A stretch of 64,000 bases of DNA from Bacillota bacterium. GTDB lineage: Bacteria; Bacillota; Limnochordia; Darwinibacteriales; Darwinibacteriaceae. Both the position numbers and the translations under genes were made by a program. The stretch's first letter is position 1; each line of letters starts with the position of its first letter. Below, piece by piece: positions 10,240 through 19,691 of this stretch. Under the pieces are notes generated by a model. The model ran no database searches. It saw only the letters and a list, made by a program, of their open reading frames with translations, and was not told the DNA's origin. Where the stretch lies: the NCBI GenBank assembly GCA_012838305.1, contig DUPN01000092.1, positions 5,315-69,314 on the forward strand, written 5' to 3'.

Positions 10240-10923
10240 TTGAAACGTTTGATTATACTTGTTCTCGCTTGTGTTCTATTGGTAGCGCCTTTAGCCGAGG
10301 CCAACTCCTGGGGATGGTGGACACCAGTCATGCCCAATGTTCAGTCCCCTGGCTGGAGCCAACCAAGCTGGCCCAATCCGAGTCCTACTCCCACACCGAA
10401 TCCTAATCCTAATCCAAATCCAAATCCTAATCCAAATCCGAACCCCAACCCTAATCCCAATCCGCAGCCCAATCCAGGGGCTCCCATCCTGCCGTCGCAG
10501 CCGAGTCATCCTGGAACCAAAGTGCCTCTGCCCAATCCATCGCTGAGCAGCGATGAGCAGAGCTTGATTAACCAAGTGAATCAAGAGCGGATCAAAAACG
10601 GCCAGAGGGCGCTGACGATTGACTATAGCCTCGTAGCCCTGGCCAAAAAGAAAAGCCATGATATGGCTGTGAACAATTATTTCTCCCATGTCTCTCCTAC
10701 CCTGGGAACCGTGTATACCATGCTGGATGCCGCGGGAATTAGCTATTCCCGGGCCGGAGAAAACATTGCCCGCACCGGCAGCGTCTCCAGGGCCCATCCC
10801 CTGTTTATGAACAGTGCGGGTCATCGGGCCAACATCCTACATTCCGGTTACACCCATATAGGTGTAGGAATCGTTAAACAAGGGACAAGCTATCATATTA
10901 CACAGATTTTCATCAAGAAATAG
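10240..10923 (+). CDS. secreted CAP domain protein (SCP/PR1-like, YkwD family) with (PN)n linker
   Basis: Signal peptide MKRLIILVLACVLLVAPLAEA, a Pro/Asn-rich linker, and a CAP domain (NQERIKNGQRAL...NYFSHVSPTLGT...ENIARTG...HRANILH...YTHIGVGI). TTG start with AGGAGG SD. Confidence 0.85.
   Translation: MKRLIILVLACVLLVAPLAEANSWGWWTPVMPNVQSPGWSQPSWPNPSPTPTPNPNPNPNPNPNPNPNPNPNPNPQPNPGAPILPSQPSHPGTKVPLPNPSLSSDEQSLINQVNQERIKNGQRALTIDYSLVALAKKKSHDMAVNNYFSHVSPTLGTVYTMLDAAGISYSRAGENIARTGSVSRAHPLFMNSAGHRANILHSGYTHIGVGIVKQGTSYHITQIFIKK
10396..10473 (+). repeat. 13 tandem hexanucleotide repeats (CCNAAY) encoding (Pro-Asn)n
   Basis: ccgaat cctaat cctaat ccaaat ccaaat cctaat ccaaat ccgaac cccaac cctaat cccaat ccgcag cccaat, inside the CAP-protein CDS. 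Confidence 0.9.
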
Positions 10924-10934
10924 GCAAGTCGACT

Positions 10935-10972
10935 CCCGTCGTGGCAAGTGCTTTCGGCGGGGGTTTTTCTTT
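10935..10972 (+). terminator. intrinsic terminator after the CAP-domain gene
   Basis: CCCGTCG...CGGCGGG stem (one G-U) followed by GGTTTTTCTTT. Confidence 0.55.
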
Positions 10973-11564
10973 AGAAGGCCACCAGAAAAAGAACCTGAAC
11001 AAGCCCGATGACCAGCCCGATTACGGCCCCGAAAATCTCGATATAGCGAAGCTCGTTCTTGGCGACCTTCAGCACGAGCTGCTCTAGGTGCAGAAGGTCA
11101 AAGGAGCTCAGCTTCGTTTCGACCAGACTGGCCAGCAGGCGGTTTTCTTTGAGTTCTTGACCCAAGTCCGCACTTAACTGGGCAAAGAGGCTCTCGATCT
11201 CCGATCCTACTGCCTCCTCCAGGTGATAGCGGATCTTGTCCTCCGCGTGTTCCATGATAAATCGGGGCACGAAACGATGGATTTTCTCGGTGAGGCTTTC
11301 GGTGATGAGAGCTGCGACCCGTCTCCGTGTTTCGGGTGTATTGACTGCTTCCAGGAGTTCATCGGTGGGAAGCAGATCATCGTTGAGCACTTCGCCAATA
11401 CTCTGTGCTATCTCCAGCCTGCGTTTGGGCAAGACCCCCAAAAACTCCCATCCCAGGATACGAATGGGTCGTCGCGGCCAAAAGAGCATACGGATGGCGA
11501 TGACATTCGTTCCCCAACCAATGACAGCTGCCACAATGGGCAGCGAGAAGATTTGCCAATCCAT
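10971..11564 (-). CDS. DUF445 family protein (YheB-like)
   Basis: 197 aa, N-terminal TM (IVAAVIGWGTNVIAIRMLFWP), charged helical middle, C-terminal TM. ATG at 11564. Confidence 0.65.
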   Translation of the reverse strand: MDWQIFSLPIVAAVIGWGTNVIAIRMLFWPRRPIRILGWEFLGVLPKRRLEIAQSIGEVLNDDLLPTDELLEAVNTPETRRRVAALITESLTEKIHRFVPRFIMEHAEDKIRYHLEEAVGSEIESLFAQLSADLGQELKENRLLASLVETKLSSFDLLHLEQLVLKVAKNELRYIEIFGAVIGLVIGLVQVLFLVAF

Positions 11565-11680
11565 ACATGACTCCCCTTAGATTCTTGAGATTCGGCTGTC
11601 CTAAGTATACCTGACTCTTCCTGAAAATCAACAGGATTTGGAGACGGAGAAACGAACCATAGGGTGGAGGGGGTGAAGGG

Positions 11681-12883
11681 TTGGTACTGTGGAAGTTCCT
11701 AACATTGCTCGCAGTAGGCCTGGCCCTTCTGTGGGAGACACGACCCGCATACGCTCTAGCCTATTTGAGTGTGCTCTTGTTCTTTGCCTTCCAAAGCGGG
11801 CAGAAACGATTGGCCGCCAAGATTGAGGTGGTGCGGCCTTTAGAAGAGCACTTCCTGTTTCCCGGCGATCAACGGGCCATAACCCTCCAGGTTATCAATC
11901 CGACCCTGTGGCCTTTTGCTTGGATTTCCCTTGCAGACCGGATTCCAAGAAATCTGATGACGGGTCAACATGCACAGAGGCCCGTCTTCTCCCTATCTCC
12001 CCGCGGGTCGCACGACGTCTCTTTTCAACTCACCGCCCATGACCGGGGTGTATACCGCCTGGGACCTCTGGACCTTTTTGTTGGCGACTTTTTCGGCATT
12101 CGAACCCAGAAGTATCAAGTTCAGAAGGGGCAGACAGTTGTAGTTTATCCCCGCATCCATGAACTGGGAGACTTGAACTTGCCGTCTCGGCTTACCTTCG
12201 GCAGTTTCCAAGCACTGCAGCGCATGAATCCAGACCCCACTCGTTTGGCTGGGTTAAGGCGATACCAAATGGGCGATCCCCTGCGTACGATCCATTGGCC
12301 TGCCACCGCACGAACCCAGAGTCTTCAAGTGAAGCAGTTTGACCACACCGTGACAGCAACCTGTGTCCTGTTCCTGAACCTATACTCAGAGGACTATTCC
12401 GTGGCGAGATTTTACGTGGACACGGAGACTGCGATCGCAGTAGCAGCTTCGTTGGCGAACCATGTTATTCGAAGGGGCGAGAGCTGCGGTTTAGTGTCCA
12501 ATGCCGTCTTGGCTCAGCATTTGCCAGGGGATATGGCCACATCCCAGGGGGAGGGAATCGTTCAGCTTCGAGCCCGTCAAGGCACAGGGCAGCTCACCCA
12601 GATTCTGACCATCTTAGCTGGAGTGAACACTCAAGATCAGAAGGACTTCCCCAGCCTCCTGACAGAATGCGGCCACCAGCTGGAGGGAGCTGCAGTCTTG
12701 CTCTGGGTGGTTCCCCGTGACACTCCGGACATTGTGGAGCATGCTTGGGGTTTTGCCAACCGCGGTCGCCAAGTACTGATCTTCGTGGTGGAGGAAGTTA
12801 GGCATCAGGAGTTATTGTGGAGACCTCCGGGCTCCTCCTTACAGGTTTTTGCTGTCGCAAAAGGAGGGACGCTGGGACTATGA
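11681..12883 (+). CDS. DUF58 domain-containing protein (MoxR-associated, vWA-like)
   Basis: 400 aa with two N-terminal TM helices then a DUF58-type domain (RRYQMGDPLRTIHWPATART). TTG start after GGTGGAGGGGG. Stop overlaps the next gene's start. Confidence 0.8.
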   Translation: MVLWKFLTLLAVGLALLWETRPAYALAYLSVLLFFAFQSGQKRLAAKIEVVRPLEEHFLFPGDQRAITLQVINPTLWPFAWISLADRIPRNLMTGQHAQRPVFSLSPRGSHDVSFQLTAHDRGVYRLGPLDLFVGDFFGIRTQKYQVQKGQTVVVYPRIHELGDLNLPSRLTFGSFQALQRMNPDPTRLAGLRRYQMGDPLRTIHWPATARTQSLQVKQFDHTVTATCVLFLNLYSEDYSVARFYVDTETAIAVAASLANHVIRRGESCGLVSNAVLAQHLPGDMATSQGEGIVQLRARQGTGQLTQILTILAGVNTQDQKDFPSLLTECGHQLEGAAVLLWVVPRDTPDIVEHAWGFANRGRQVLIFVVEEVRHQELLWRPPGSSLQVFAVAKGGTLGL

Positions 12884-14361
12884 AGATCAAAGGATTCCTT
12901 CCGGCTTGGGCCAGCCTCTTTAGCTTTTCCGTGGTTGCTTTAGGGGCCCAGTACCTAAGCTTACTATTCCCCACTTTGGCCGTTCCACTCTGGCTTTGGC
13001 CATTCCTATTGTTTAGCGCGCTGCAAAGTGCCTATTATGCTACGTATTACCTCAGCAAGCGCACTCCTTGGCTGCTTTGTTTAATCGAGTTAGCCCTGTG
13101 GATGGTACCCGTCTATTTTCTTTCGGGTCGCGTCATGCAAGTGTTTGTCTGGAACGCATTTGGGATCTTTGCCTGCTGGATCATGGCCAGGGGGTACGGC
13201 TCTCAATTTGTGTTCATGGAACGGGTAGCAGATTACTTGGGGGATCAAGGAGCTTCCACCGTCAGCTGGGAATATGAGTCCTTGTCCAGTAATGATTCTC
13301 TCCATGTACCCATGACGTATTTTTGGTGGCGTCTGTGGGGCTGCGCTTTCTTCCTAGCCATCCTGGCCATTGTGGTTCATAACAGAGATGTGCAGCTCGA
13401 TGCCCTAGTTACGTGGCGGCTTAGGGTCTTGGGATCGATGGCTGTAGCCAGTGGTTTGGCCTTACAGGCCGGAAGCTACCTCTTCCGCTTGCAGATTCTT
13501 TGGGGCTATGCCAAAGCGGATGTGAGCGCCAGTCTCAGGGGTGTGTGGATACGCAATCTGGGGATTGTTTTACTCCTCGGCGTCCTCCTTGTTAACCTGG
13601 CGCCTGTGGACTACTGGCCTTTGACCGCTGCTCGAATGGGTGAGATTATCCGCAGACTTGCCACAAGGGAATTCACGATCAGCCTCGAGCCTCTGGACAG
13701 CCCTGAAAGGCTCCCCTCCGCGGGGGGACCGCCGGCAATGGGTTTCCCGCAGCAAGCAGCGGGGCCTTGGGGCGTCCTTCTCGCCTTGCTCATCGCTTTG
13801 CTGGTGGGAGGCATGGCCCTTGTGATTCTGGTGGTCTTGGGTTTTGTGCTCGTGAATCTGATCGGTGGTGAACTGGAGAGATTGAAAGGTCTGCCGAGGC
13901 TCGCCGTACAAGTCTACGCAGGGCTTAGGGATGCACTGCGAACGCTGATGGGAAGCCTGCGTACTCTGGGGGCAGATCTGAAGTGGAAGGCCAGTTCAAA
14001 GAAGCAGACTGGATCGCAGGAGTTCTCCCCTAAGACAGGTTTTGCCCGCCGAAGTGCGCCCCTTCCCAAAGGGGTGCGGGCTATGTTTCGTCGTATAGCA
14101 AAGGTGTCGGCAAGGAAGGGTCTGGCGTTTCATCCCGCCCAGACTGCCTCCGAATTCGGGCAAGTCTTGCACAAGCATCTTCCTAGCGCTAAAAACAGCG
14201 TGGAGGGCTTCTTCTCTGGCTATCAGACTGTGCGTTACAGCAAACAGAGTCTGAGCGCAGCCGCCAAGGAACACCTCCTTCAGCTTGGAGAGGAAATTAT
14301 CAAGGAAATTGACGGATTGGAGAAGGGAGACAAGGGCAATGGCACAGACGTCCGTGAATAG
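12880..14361 (+). CDS. multi-pass membrane protein with C-terminal DUF4129-like domain (MoxR/DUF58 partner)
   Basis: ATG 12880 overlaps the DUF58 stop. About 8 TM segments, then a cytoplasmic domain (TASEFGQVL...YQTVRYSKQSL) resembling DUF4129. Stop overlaps the MoxR start. Confidence 0.6.
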   Translation: MKIKGFLPAWASLFSFSVVALGAQYLSLLFPTLAVPLWLWPFLLFSALQSAYYATYYLSKRTPWLLCLIELALWMVPVYFLSGRVMQVFVWNAFGIFACWIMARGYGSQFVFMERVADYLGDQGASTVSWEYESLSSNDSLHVPMTYFWWRLWGCAFFLAILAIVVHNRDVQLDALVTWRLRVLGSMAVASGLALQAGSYLFRLQILWGYAKADVSASLRGVWIRNLGIVLLLGVLLVNLAPVDYWPLTAARMGEIIRRLATREFTISLEPLDSPERLPSAGGPPAMGFPQQAAGPWGVLLALLIALLVGGMALVILVVLGFVLVNLIGGELERLKGLPRLAVQVYAGLRDALRTLMGSLRTLGADLKWKASSKKQTGSQEFSPKTGFARRSAPLPKGVRAMFRRIAKVSARKGLAFHPAQTASEFGQVLHKHLPSAKNSVEGFFSGYQTVRYSKQSLSAAAKEHLLQLGEEIIKEIDGLEKGDKGNGTDVRE

Positions 14362-15310
14362 AGTAGCAGAGTTTGGCTGGAAAATGAAAGAGAATATCGC
14401 CCAAGTCATGGTGGGCAAAGAAGCGGCGATAGAAATGCTTCTGGCAGCCCTCTTAAGTGACGGTCATGTCCTTTTGGAGGATGTTCCAGGGGTGGGAAAG
14501 ACGATGTTAGCCAGGGCCCTGGCGACATCCGTGGGAGGTCGTTTCAGTCGCATTCAATGTACACCAGATCTGCTTCCGTCCGATATTACCGGTCTTTCGG
14601 TTTTTGACCAGAAGCAGGGCGACTTCGTTTTCCGTCCAGGTCCAGTCATGGCCCAAATCGTGCTGGCCGATGAGATCAATCGGGCTACTCCGCGCACCCA
14701 ATCCAGCCTGTTGGAGGCCATGGGTGAGGGACAAGTGACGGTAGATGGACACACCTATCGTCTGAAACGCCCGTTTATGGTTGTGGCTACGCAAAATCCC
14801 GTGGAGTTCGAAGGCACTTTTCCTTTGCCAGAGGCGCAGCTGGATCGCTTCTTCCTCCTGCTCAAGCTGGGCTATCCCACTTTGGACGAGGAGAATCAGG
14901 TGCTCTTGCGTCTACAGGAACGACACCCCATTACGGATCTAGGGCCAGTGACCGATGTGAACCATGTAGCGGAATTACAGCATCTGGTGACGCAGGTCTA
15001 CGTGGAGGCGTCGGTGCGAGATTATGTCGTGCGCCTTGTTCGCAGTACCCGGACACAATCCCAGGTACAATTGGGAGCCTCACCCCGAGGCAGTTTGGCC
15101 CTCCTGCGAGCAGCCCAGGCCCTGGCCGCCTTAGGCAATCGAGACTATGTGACTCCTGATGATGTGAAACACATGGCCACTGCCGTTTTGGCTCACCGCT
15201 TGACTCTAAAGGCTGACAGCGTACTTAGGGGAGTGACAGCTGAAAGCGTGATAGCTGAACTCTTACACCAAGTAGAGGTGGGGGCTGAAGGACACCAAAC
15301 TCGATCTTAG
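14339..15310 (+). CDS. MoxR family AAA+ ATPase
   Basis: GHVLLEDVPGVGKT Walker A, DEINRA Walker B, second-region sensor motifs. ATG 14339 overlaps the upstream stop. Confidence 0.9.
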   Translation: MAQTSVNRVAEFGWKMKENIAQVMVGKEAAIEMLLAALLSDGHVLLEDVPGVGKTMLARALATSVGGRFSRIQCTPDLLPSDITGLSVFDQKQGDFVFRPGPVMAQIVLADEINRATPRTQSSLLEAMGEGQVTVDGHTYRLKRPFMVVATQNPVEFEGTFPLPEAQLDRFFLLLKLGYPTLDEENQVLLRLQERHPITDLGPVTDVNHVAELQHLVTQVYVEASVRDYVVRLVRSTRTQSQVQLGASPRGSLALLRAAQALAALGNRDYVTPDDVKHMATAVLAHRLTLKADSVLRGVTAESVIAELLHQVEVGAEGHQTRS

Positions 15311-15389
15311 ACCATCATGTATAAAAAACAGAAAAAACAGAATAAAGGTATGAAAATTCTATGCAGGTCTGGTTTTGCCACATGATTCG

Positions 15390-15398
15390 TGATACAAT
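15390..15398 (+). promoter_or_regulatory. possible extended -10 element (TGaTACAAT) upstream of the BadF-type gene
   Basis: TGATACAAT at 15390-15398, about 125 nt upstream of ATG 15524. No clear -35. Confidence 0.3.
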
Positions 15399-15523
15399 GT
15401 GGGTGATAGCATAATGAGGCACGGAAGGAGGGGGCCACGGTAGTCTACGCCTAGGTGCAAAAGAGACAGAATGTTAGCCATAGTTGAGTATAAGTCAAGT
15501 ATGACTACTTAAGGCAACTACAT

Positions 15524-16492
15524 ATGGATGGAAAGCTCTTTATCGGGATCGCAGACAATGATCGATTTGCTTCGGCTGTTGTGGGCGATGCTTGTGGTAA
15601 GATTATTGCCACCAGTGTAGGAGGCTCGGTAAACTATCACTATTGGGGGATTGAGCAGGCTCGAAAGAATCTACGAGATTTGATGACTCGAACCGTGGGG
15701 ACGGACTGGCGAAGGAGGCTGGCCGGGGCTTGTTTTACGTACAAGGCCGATTTTGCAGTTTCAAACTGGACAATGATCGACTTGGTCTCTGGACTCTTGG
15801 AGCTCAGCGACGTGACAGTGGAAGAGTTCGCCGCAAGCTCCATCATGGGTTTACACGGCAGCGGTGAACGACTGTTCTTGGTGGGTGGTCACTCTGGCTT
15901 AGCCATCTTTGAAGACGCCATGGGGAACACTAGGCAGATGAGGCAAGGGGCCCTTGTCTGGAGTCCTAGTCTTCGCTTGAATGCGAAACTTCATGATATG
16001 GGTGATCTCGGCCACCAGCAGGACGTGGAGAGTCTTTTGCATATGACCAAGCAAATCAGGCATGGAAGGTGCTTGGCTACGCTCACAAGTACCTTGGATG
16101 AGTGGGTGGATCAGGGAAGCACATTGGCCCTAGAAGTAGCCTATGATGTGGCCTTTGATCTAGTGCAAATGGTGACAAGCATGGCTGCCCATTTCTCCAG
16201 CGCCGACCCGGTTATTGGGCTCTACGGACAGGTCCTCCTGGGATCGCAGACAATTCGCGACCGAGTGGAGGATTTGATTGCTTTTCTATTTCCTCACTGC
16301 CAGGTGATGGAGGCACCCTTAGCTCCCGCCAAGGGCGCCTATCTTTCCTCCGTTCTGACAAGGAGATCGGGGTTTGAAGAAGAAGTGATCACCAACTTGT
16401 TTGCTTCAGACATCGATTTAGACACAGAAGGATGGTTACGTTATGGCACTGCTAACGCAAGCAATCGAAGCCACCATTACCCAGCGCTTTAG
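15524..16492 (+). CDS. BadF/BadG/BcrA/BcrD-type ATPase family protein (N-acetylglucosamine kinase-like fold) with degenerate phosphate-1 motif
   Basis: 322 aa with ASKHA-like fold signatures. The N-terminal motif is LFIGIADNDRFA instead of the GIDGGGTKT consensus. Confidence 0.55.
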   Translation: MDGKLFIGIADNDRFASAVVGDACGKIIATSVGGSVNYHYWGIEQARKNLRDLMTRTVGTDWRRRLAGACFTYKADFAVSNWTMIDLVSGLLELSDVTVEEFAASSIMGLHGSGERLFLVGGHSGLAIFEDAMGNTRQMRQGALVWSPSLRLNAKLHDMGDLGHQQDVESLLHMTKQIRHGRCLATLTSTLDEWVDQGSTLALEVAYDVAFDLVQMVTSMAAHFSSADPVIGLYGQVLLGSQTIRDRVEDLIAFLFPHCQVMEAPLAPAKGAYLSSVLTRRSGFEEEVITNLFASDIDLDTEGWLRYGTANASNRSHHYPAL

Positions 16493-17147
16493 ACTGCCCT
16501 ACTTCTTGTACTTACCCCCGGATTATCCAGGTGAGGCCTCGCAGAAGTGGCCTGTGGTCTTTTTTCTACATGGTGCCGGCGAGCGGGGAGCGGACTTAAG
16601 CCTGTTGCCACGACATGGGCTCATGGCCCAAGTGCAAAAGGGGCGCGAATTCCCTTTTCTTCTTGTCGCGCCGCAATGTCCGGTGGATTGTACCTGGGAT
16701 CGGATTCTGGATCAGCTGGACTGTCTGCTTGAGGAGATTGTTCGGGAGTATGACGTAGATGTAGAACGTATCTACGTAACGGGACTGAGCATGGGTGGTT
16801 ATGGCACATGGCATTGGGGCGCGCGTCATCCCAAGGCTTTTGCAGGTCTTGTACCCATTTGCGGCGGTACCATGCCGCTGCTGGGTTTCCCAGAGAAGAT
16901 TGCAGTACTTAAGGATGTTCCCGTATGGGTCTTTCACGGTGTCGATGATCAAGTCGTGCCGGTAGCGCGATCCGAAGAACTCGTTCATGTGCTTACCACC
17001 CTAGGGGCGCCTGTCCGTTTCACCAAGTATGGAGGAGTGGGACATAACGCCTGGGACAGAGCCTATGCCGAGCCCGAATTGATTCCCTGGCTTCTGGAGC
17101 TGAGGAATACCCAGTTCTGTTTAGAAAAGAGTGATCACTGTGAATGA
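16443..17147 (+). CDS. alpha/beta hydrolase (phospholipase/carboxylesterase family)
   Basis: [12 protein letters not shown], nucleophile elbow GLSMGG, and C-terminal [13 protein letters not shown] catalytic-triad pattern. Confidence 0.8.
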   Translation: MALLTQAIEATITQRFRLPYFLYLPPDYPGEASQKWPVVFFLHGAGERGADLSLLPRHGLMAQVQKGREFPFLLVAPQCPVDCTWDRILDQLDCLLEEIVREYDVDVERIYVTGLSMGGYGTWHWGARHPKAFAGLVPICGGTMPLLGFPEKIAVLKDVPVWVFHGVDDQVVPVARSEELVHVLTTLGAPVRFTKYGGVGHNAWDRAYAEPELIPWLLELRNTQFCLEKSDHCE

Positions 17148-17874
17148 GAAGACTAGGGTTACCGTGTGGAATGAGTACATCCATGAGCTAGAGAATCACG
17201 CCATCGCAGCCATCTACCCCCGGGGAATTCATGGCGCTATTGCAGAGTTTCTGGGTCAGGAAGGGGATTTGGAGATTACTACTGCCACATTGCGCCAGGA
17301 AGAGCACGGGTTGACGGAGGATGTTCTGGCGCAAACAGATGTGCTGATCTGGTGGGGCCATCGTGCCCATGATGACGTGCAGGATGCCGTGGTAGACAGG
17401 GTCTATCGGAGGGTTTTGGCCGGCATGGGTCTGATTATCCTGCACTCAGCCCACTTTTCCAAGATTTTCAAGAAATTGATGGGAACCAGCTGTGGTCTGC
17501 GCTGGCGCGAAGTGGGTGAAAAAGAACGTGTCTGGGTGATTGAGCAGGGGCACCCTATTGCCCACGGATTAGGCCACTACTTTGAGATCCCGCAGACAGA
17601 AATGTATGGGGAGCGCTTTGACGTGCCAGCCCCTGACACTCTGGTCTTGATCAGCTGGTATCAGGGTGGAGAAGTCTTTCGAAGCGGGTGCTGCTACAAC
17701 CGTGGACGGGGTAAGATCTTCTACTTTGCACCTGGGCATGAAACATACCCCATCTATTACCAAAAAGAAGTGCAGCAAGTGATCAAGAACGCTGTGCGGT
17801 GGGCTCAGCCAACATTTAGTTTAGGAGAAGCCTTATCGGGCGGTGCTGTACCTCCTTTAGAGCCATTGGGTTAA
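17140..17874 (+). CDS. ThuA domain-containing protein (type-1 glutamine amidotransferase-like fold)
   Basis: 245 aa matching the ThuA family (VTVWNEY...DVLIWWGH...[11 protein letters not shown]). GTG 17140 chosen over track 17131 on SD AAAAGAG spacing. Confidence 0.7.
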   Translation: MNEKTRVTVWNEYIHELENHAIAAIYPRGIHGAIAEFLGQEGDLEITTATLRQEEHGLTEDVLAQTDVLIWWGHRAHDDVQDAVVDRVYRRVLAGMGLIILHSAHFSKIFKKLMGTSCGLRWREVGEKERVWVIEQGHPIAHGLGHYFEIPQTEMYGERFDVPAPDTLVLISWYQGGEVFRSGCCYNRGRGKIFYFAPGHETYPIYYQKEVQQVIKNAVRWAQPTFSLGEALSGGAVPPLEPLG

Positions 17875-18482
17875 GCGTAATGTTCGATCAGCTGAATGAT
17901 CAGGGGAACCACTACGGGAACCAGAGCTGACAGTACTGTTCCGGAGTAGAAGGCGACCAAGGTGGTCTGCGCATCGGTGCTTTGAGAGATGATGGGCAGT
18001 GTGACATCCATGGCTGTAGCTCCGCCCGGTGCTACAGCGGCCAGGCGACCTGCGGTCCTGGCAATTAGGGGAATCAGCAAAATGGCAAGGATTTCCCGAA
18101 AAACGTTGGCGAGAAGGGCTAAGGCGCCCAAGGTGACATCATAGGTCTGGGCAATGATCACCCCAGCGAGGGAATACCAGCCAAAACCGGCGCCTACCAG
18201 GGCGGCATCTCCCCAAGGGAGACAAATCATGAAACCCACGACCATGGCTCCGGCTAGAGAACCAAGGGCAATCAGCACTGGGACCACCAGGGATATCCGG
18301 GGCAGGTCCTTTATTTTTTTCCATAGATCCCGATCGTGGCCCAAGTTGAATCCAATGGTAAAAAGAAGCAGGGCCAGGGAGAGGTCGGTGATGGATCCCA
18401 TGACGCCGATGTAACCTTCCGGCAGCAAAAATAACCCTGCCAGGATGCCCAAGGCCAAGCTGGTCAAGATTCTTGCGGTCAA
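17871..18482 (-). CDS. lysine exporter LysO family protein (DUF340), large subunit
   Basis: Six-TM DUF340 protein. TTG start 18482 with SD AAGGAGG at 8 nt, adjacent to the small-subunit stop (18479-18481). Confidence 0.7.
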   Translation of the reverse strand: MTARILTSLALGILAGLFLLPEGYIGVMGSITDLSLALLLFTIGFNLGHDRDLWKKIKDLPRISLVVPVLIALGSLAGAMVVGFMICLPWGDAALVGAGFGWYSLAGVIIAQTYDVTLGALALLANVFREILAILLIPLIARTAGRLAAVAPGGATAMDVTLPIISQSTDAQTTLVAFYSGTVLSALVPVVVPLIIQLIEHYA

Positions 18483-18751
18483 TTCTCCGGCCTCCTTATC
18501 CTGGCAGCGAGCCACACGAGGAAAACACTTCCCATGATAGTTCCGACGCTTAGGATCAGGGCCTTCAGTCCTAGACTGGGTAAGGCCGTCTTGAGGTCCG
18601 GGTGGGATCCAAGGGAAATCCCCATGGAAAAGAGCAGGAAAACTAGGGCCAGGTTACCTAGACCATTCACTCTCTTATTCCATTTCTTGGGCACTAGCTC
18701 CCAGCGTGCCGCCACAAACCCGAAAACCAAAGAGCCAACCAACAAAAACAC
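18479..18751 (-). CDS. LysO/DUF340 family small membrane subunit
   Basis: 90 aa, three TM segments, GTG start with SD GGGAGAGGGAG. Matches the small partner of split YbjE/LysO-type exporters. Confidence 0.65.
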   Translation of the reverse strand: MFLLVGSLVFGFVAARWELVPKKWNKRVNGLGNLALVFLLFSMGISLGSHPDLKTALPSLGLKALILSVGTIMGSVFLVWLAARIRRPEN

Positions 18752-18927
18752 TCAGATCTCCCTCTCCCTACAATCAATCAGTACAGGCAAGAGAGTTCGC
18801 CTTTTTTGCTCCGGTTCCTGTCTTGGTAAAAAAATCCCCTGCTGTTGTAGGTGAACCGCACGTTGGAGGGGAATATGACAACAGGGCCTACTGGCCGACA
18901 GGTTGGAGTGATGATCACGGGGAAAGG

Positions 18928-19656
18928 ATGTTGGTGATGAGACTGCGCGCGTTCCGTTTAGCCTTGGTACTGCTGCTATTTGTAGGTATCATGCTTCAGG
19001 CCGCTGAGGGAAATGCCTATTGGCAGAGGGTGATGGGGGGTTTTGTCAATCCTGTGGAGGTCTATGAGTATACCTACGAGTATCAGGGACCTGAACTTGA
19101 GCTCACGGCCAAAGTCCCGCAGTTGATTGGTGGTTTTGATCTTGTTTGGCAGGAAGCGTTCAATTTAGGCCTGCGCCAACGTTTGGAGGACTATGTGGCT
19201 GAAATGAAATCTGTCGCAGCTCAGGCTTGGGAATTATATGACGAGGAATACAGACCCTATCCTTATGAAGGAATTATGGACTTTGAGGTAAAACTGAACC
19301 AGGGAGGCCTTTTGAGTATTGCTATCGTCAACTATTCCTACACCGGCGGCGCACATGGTATGACCACCTATGACTACATCAATCTCGATCTGACCACAGG
19401 GAAGGCTATTGGTTTTTATGAGTTGTTTGATACCGATGCCGAACTGGAGAGGGTTATTGCGCTGATCAACGAGAGAATTGCAGAAGAAGAGTGGTTTTTC
19501 ATCGATTCCTTTACGTTTGATCATTTCCATGAGGAACAAGGCTTTTATCTGCAAGATGCCGAAGCAGTGGTCTGCTTTGGCCTCTATGAGCTGGCTCCTT
19601 ACGTTGCTGGAGTGCAGGAGTTCAAGATTACACCTCCTGAAGGGAGTCTTGATTAG
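18928..19656 (+). CDS. DUF3298/DUF4163 domain-containing protein (RsiV/PdaC-like extracytoplasmic domain)
   Basis: N-terminal signal/TM (MRLRAFRLALVLLLFVGIMLQAAEG), then DUF4163- and DUF3298-like regions (YSYTGGAHGMTTY). The track's N-terminal extension to 18706 overlaps the divergent gene and was rejected. ATG 18928 or 18937. Confidence 0.7.
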   Translation: MLVMRLRAFRLALVLLLFVGIMLQAAEGNAYWQRVMGGFVNPVEVYEYTYEYQGPELELTAKVPQLIGGFDLVWQEAFNLGLRQRLEDYVAEMKSVAAQAWELYDEEYRPYPYEGIMDFEVKLNQGGLLSIAIVNYSYTGGAHGMTTYDYINLDLTTGKAIGFYELFDTDAELERVIALINERIAEEEWFFIDSFTFDHFHEEQGFYLQDAEAVVCFGLYELAPYVAGVQEFKITPPEGSLD

Positions 19657-19691
19657 AAAAGCCTCAAACATATTATCCGAGGAGTGATGGG

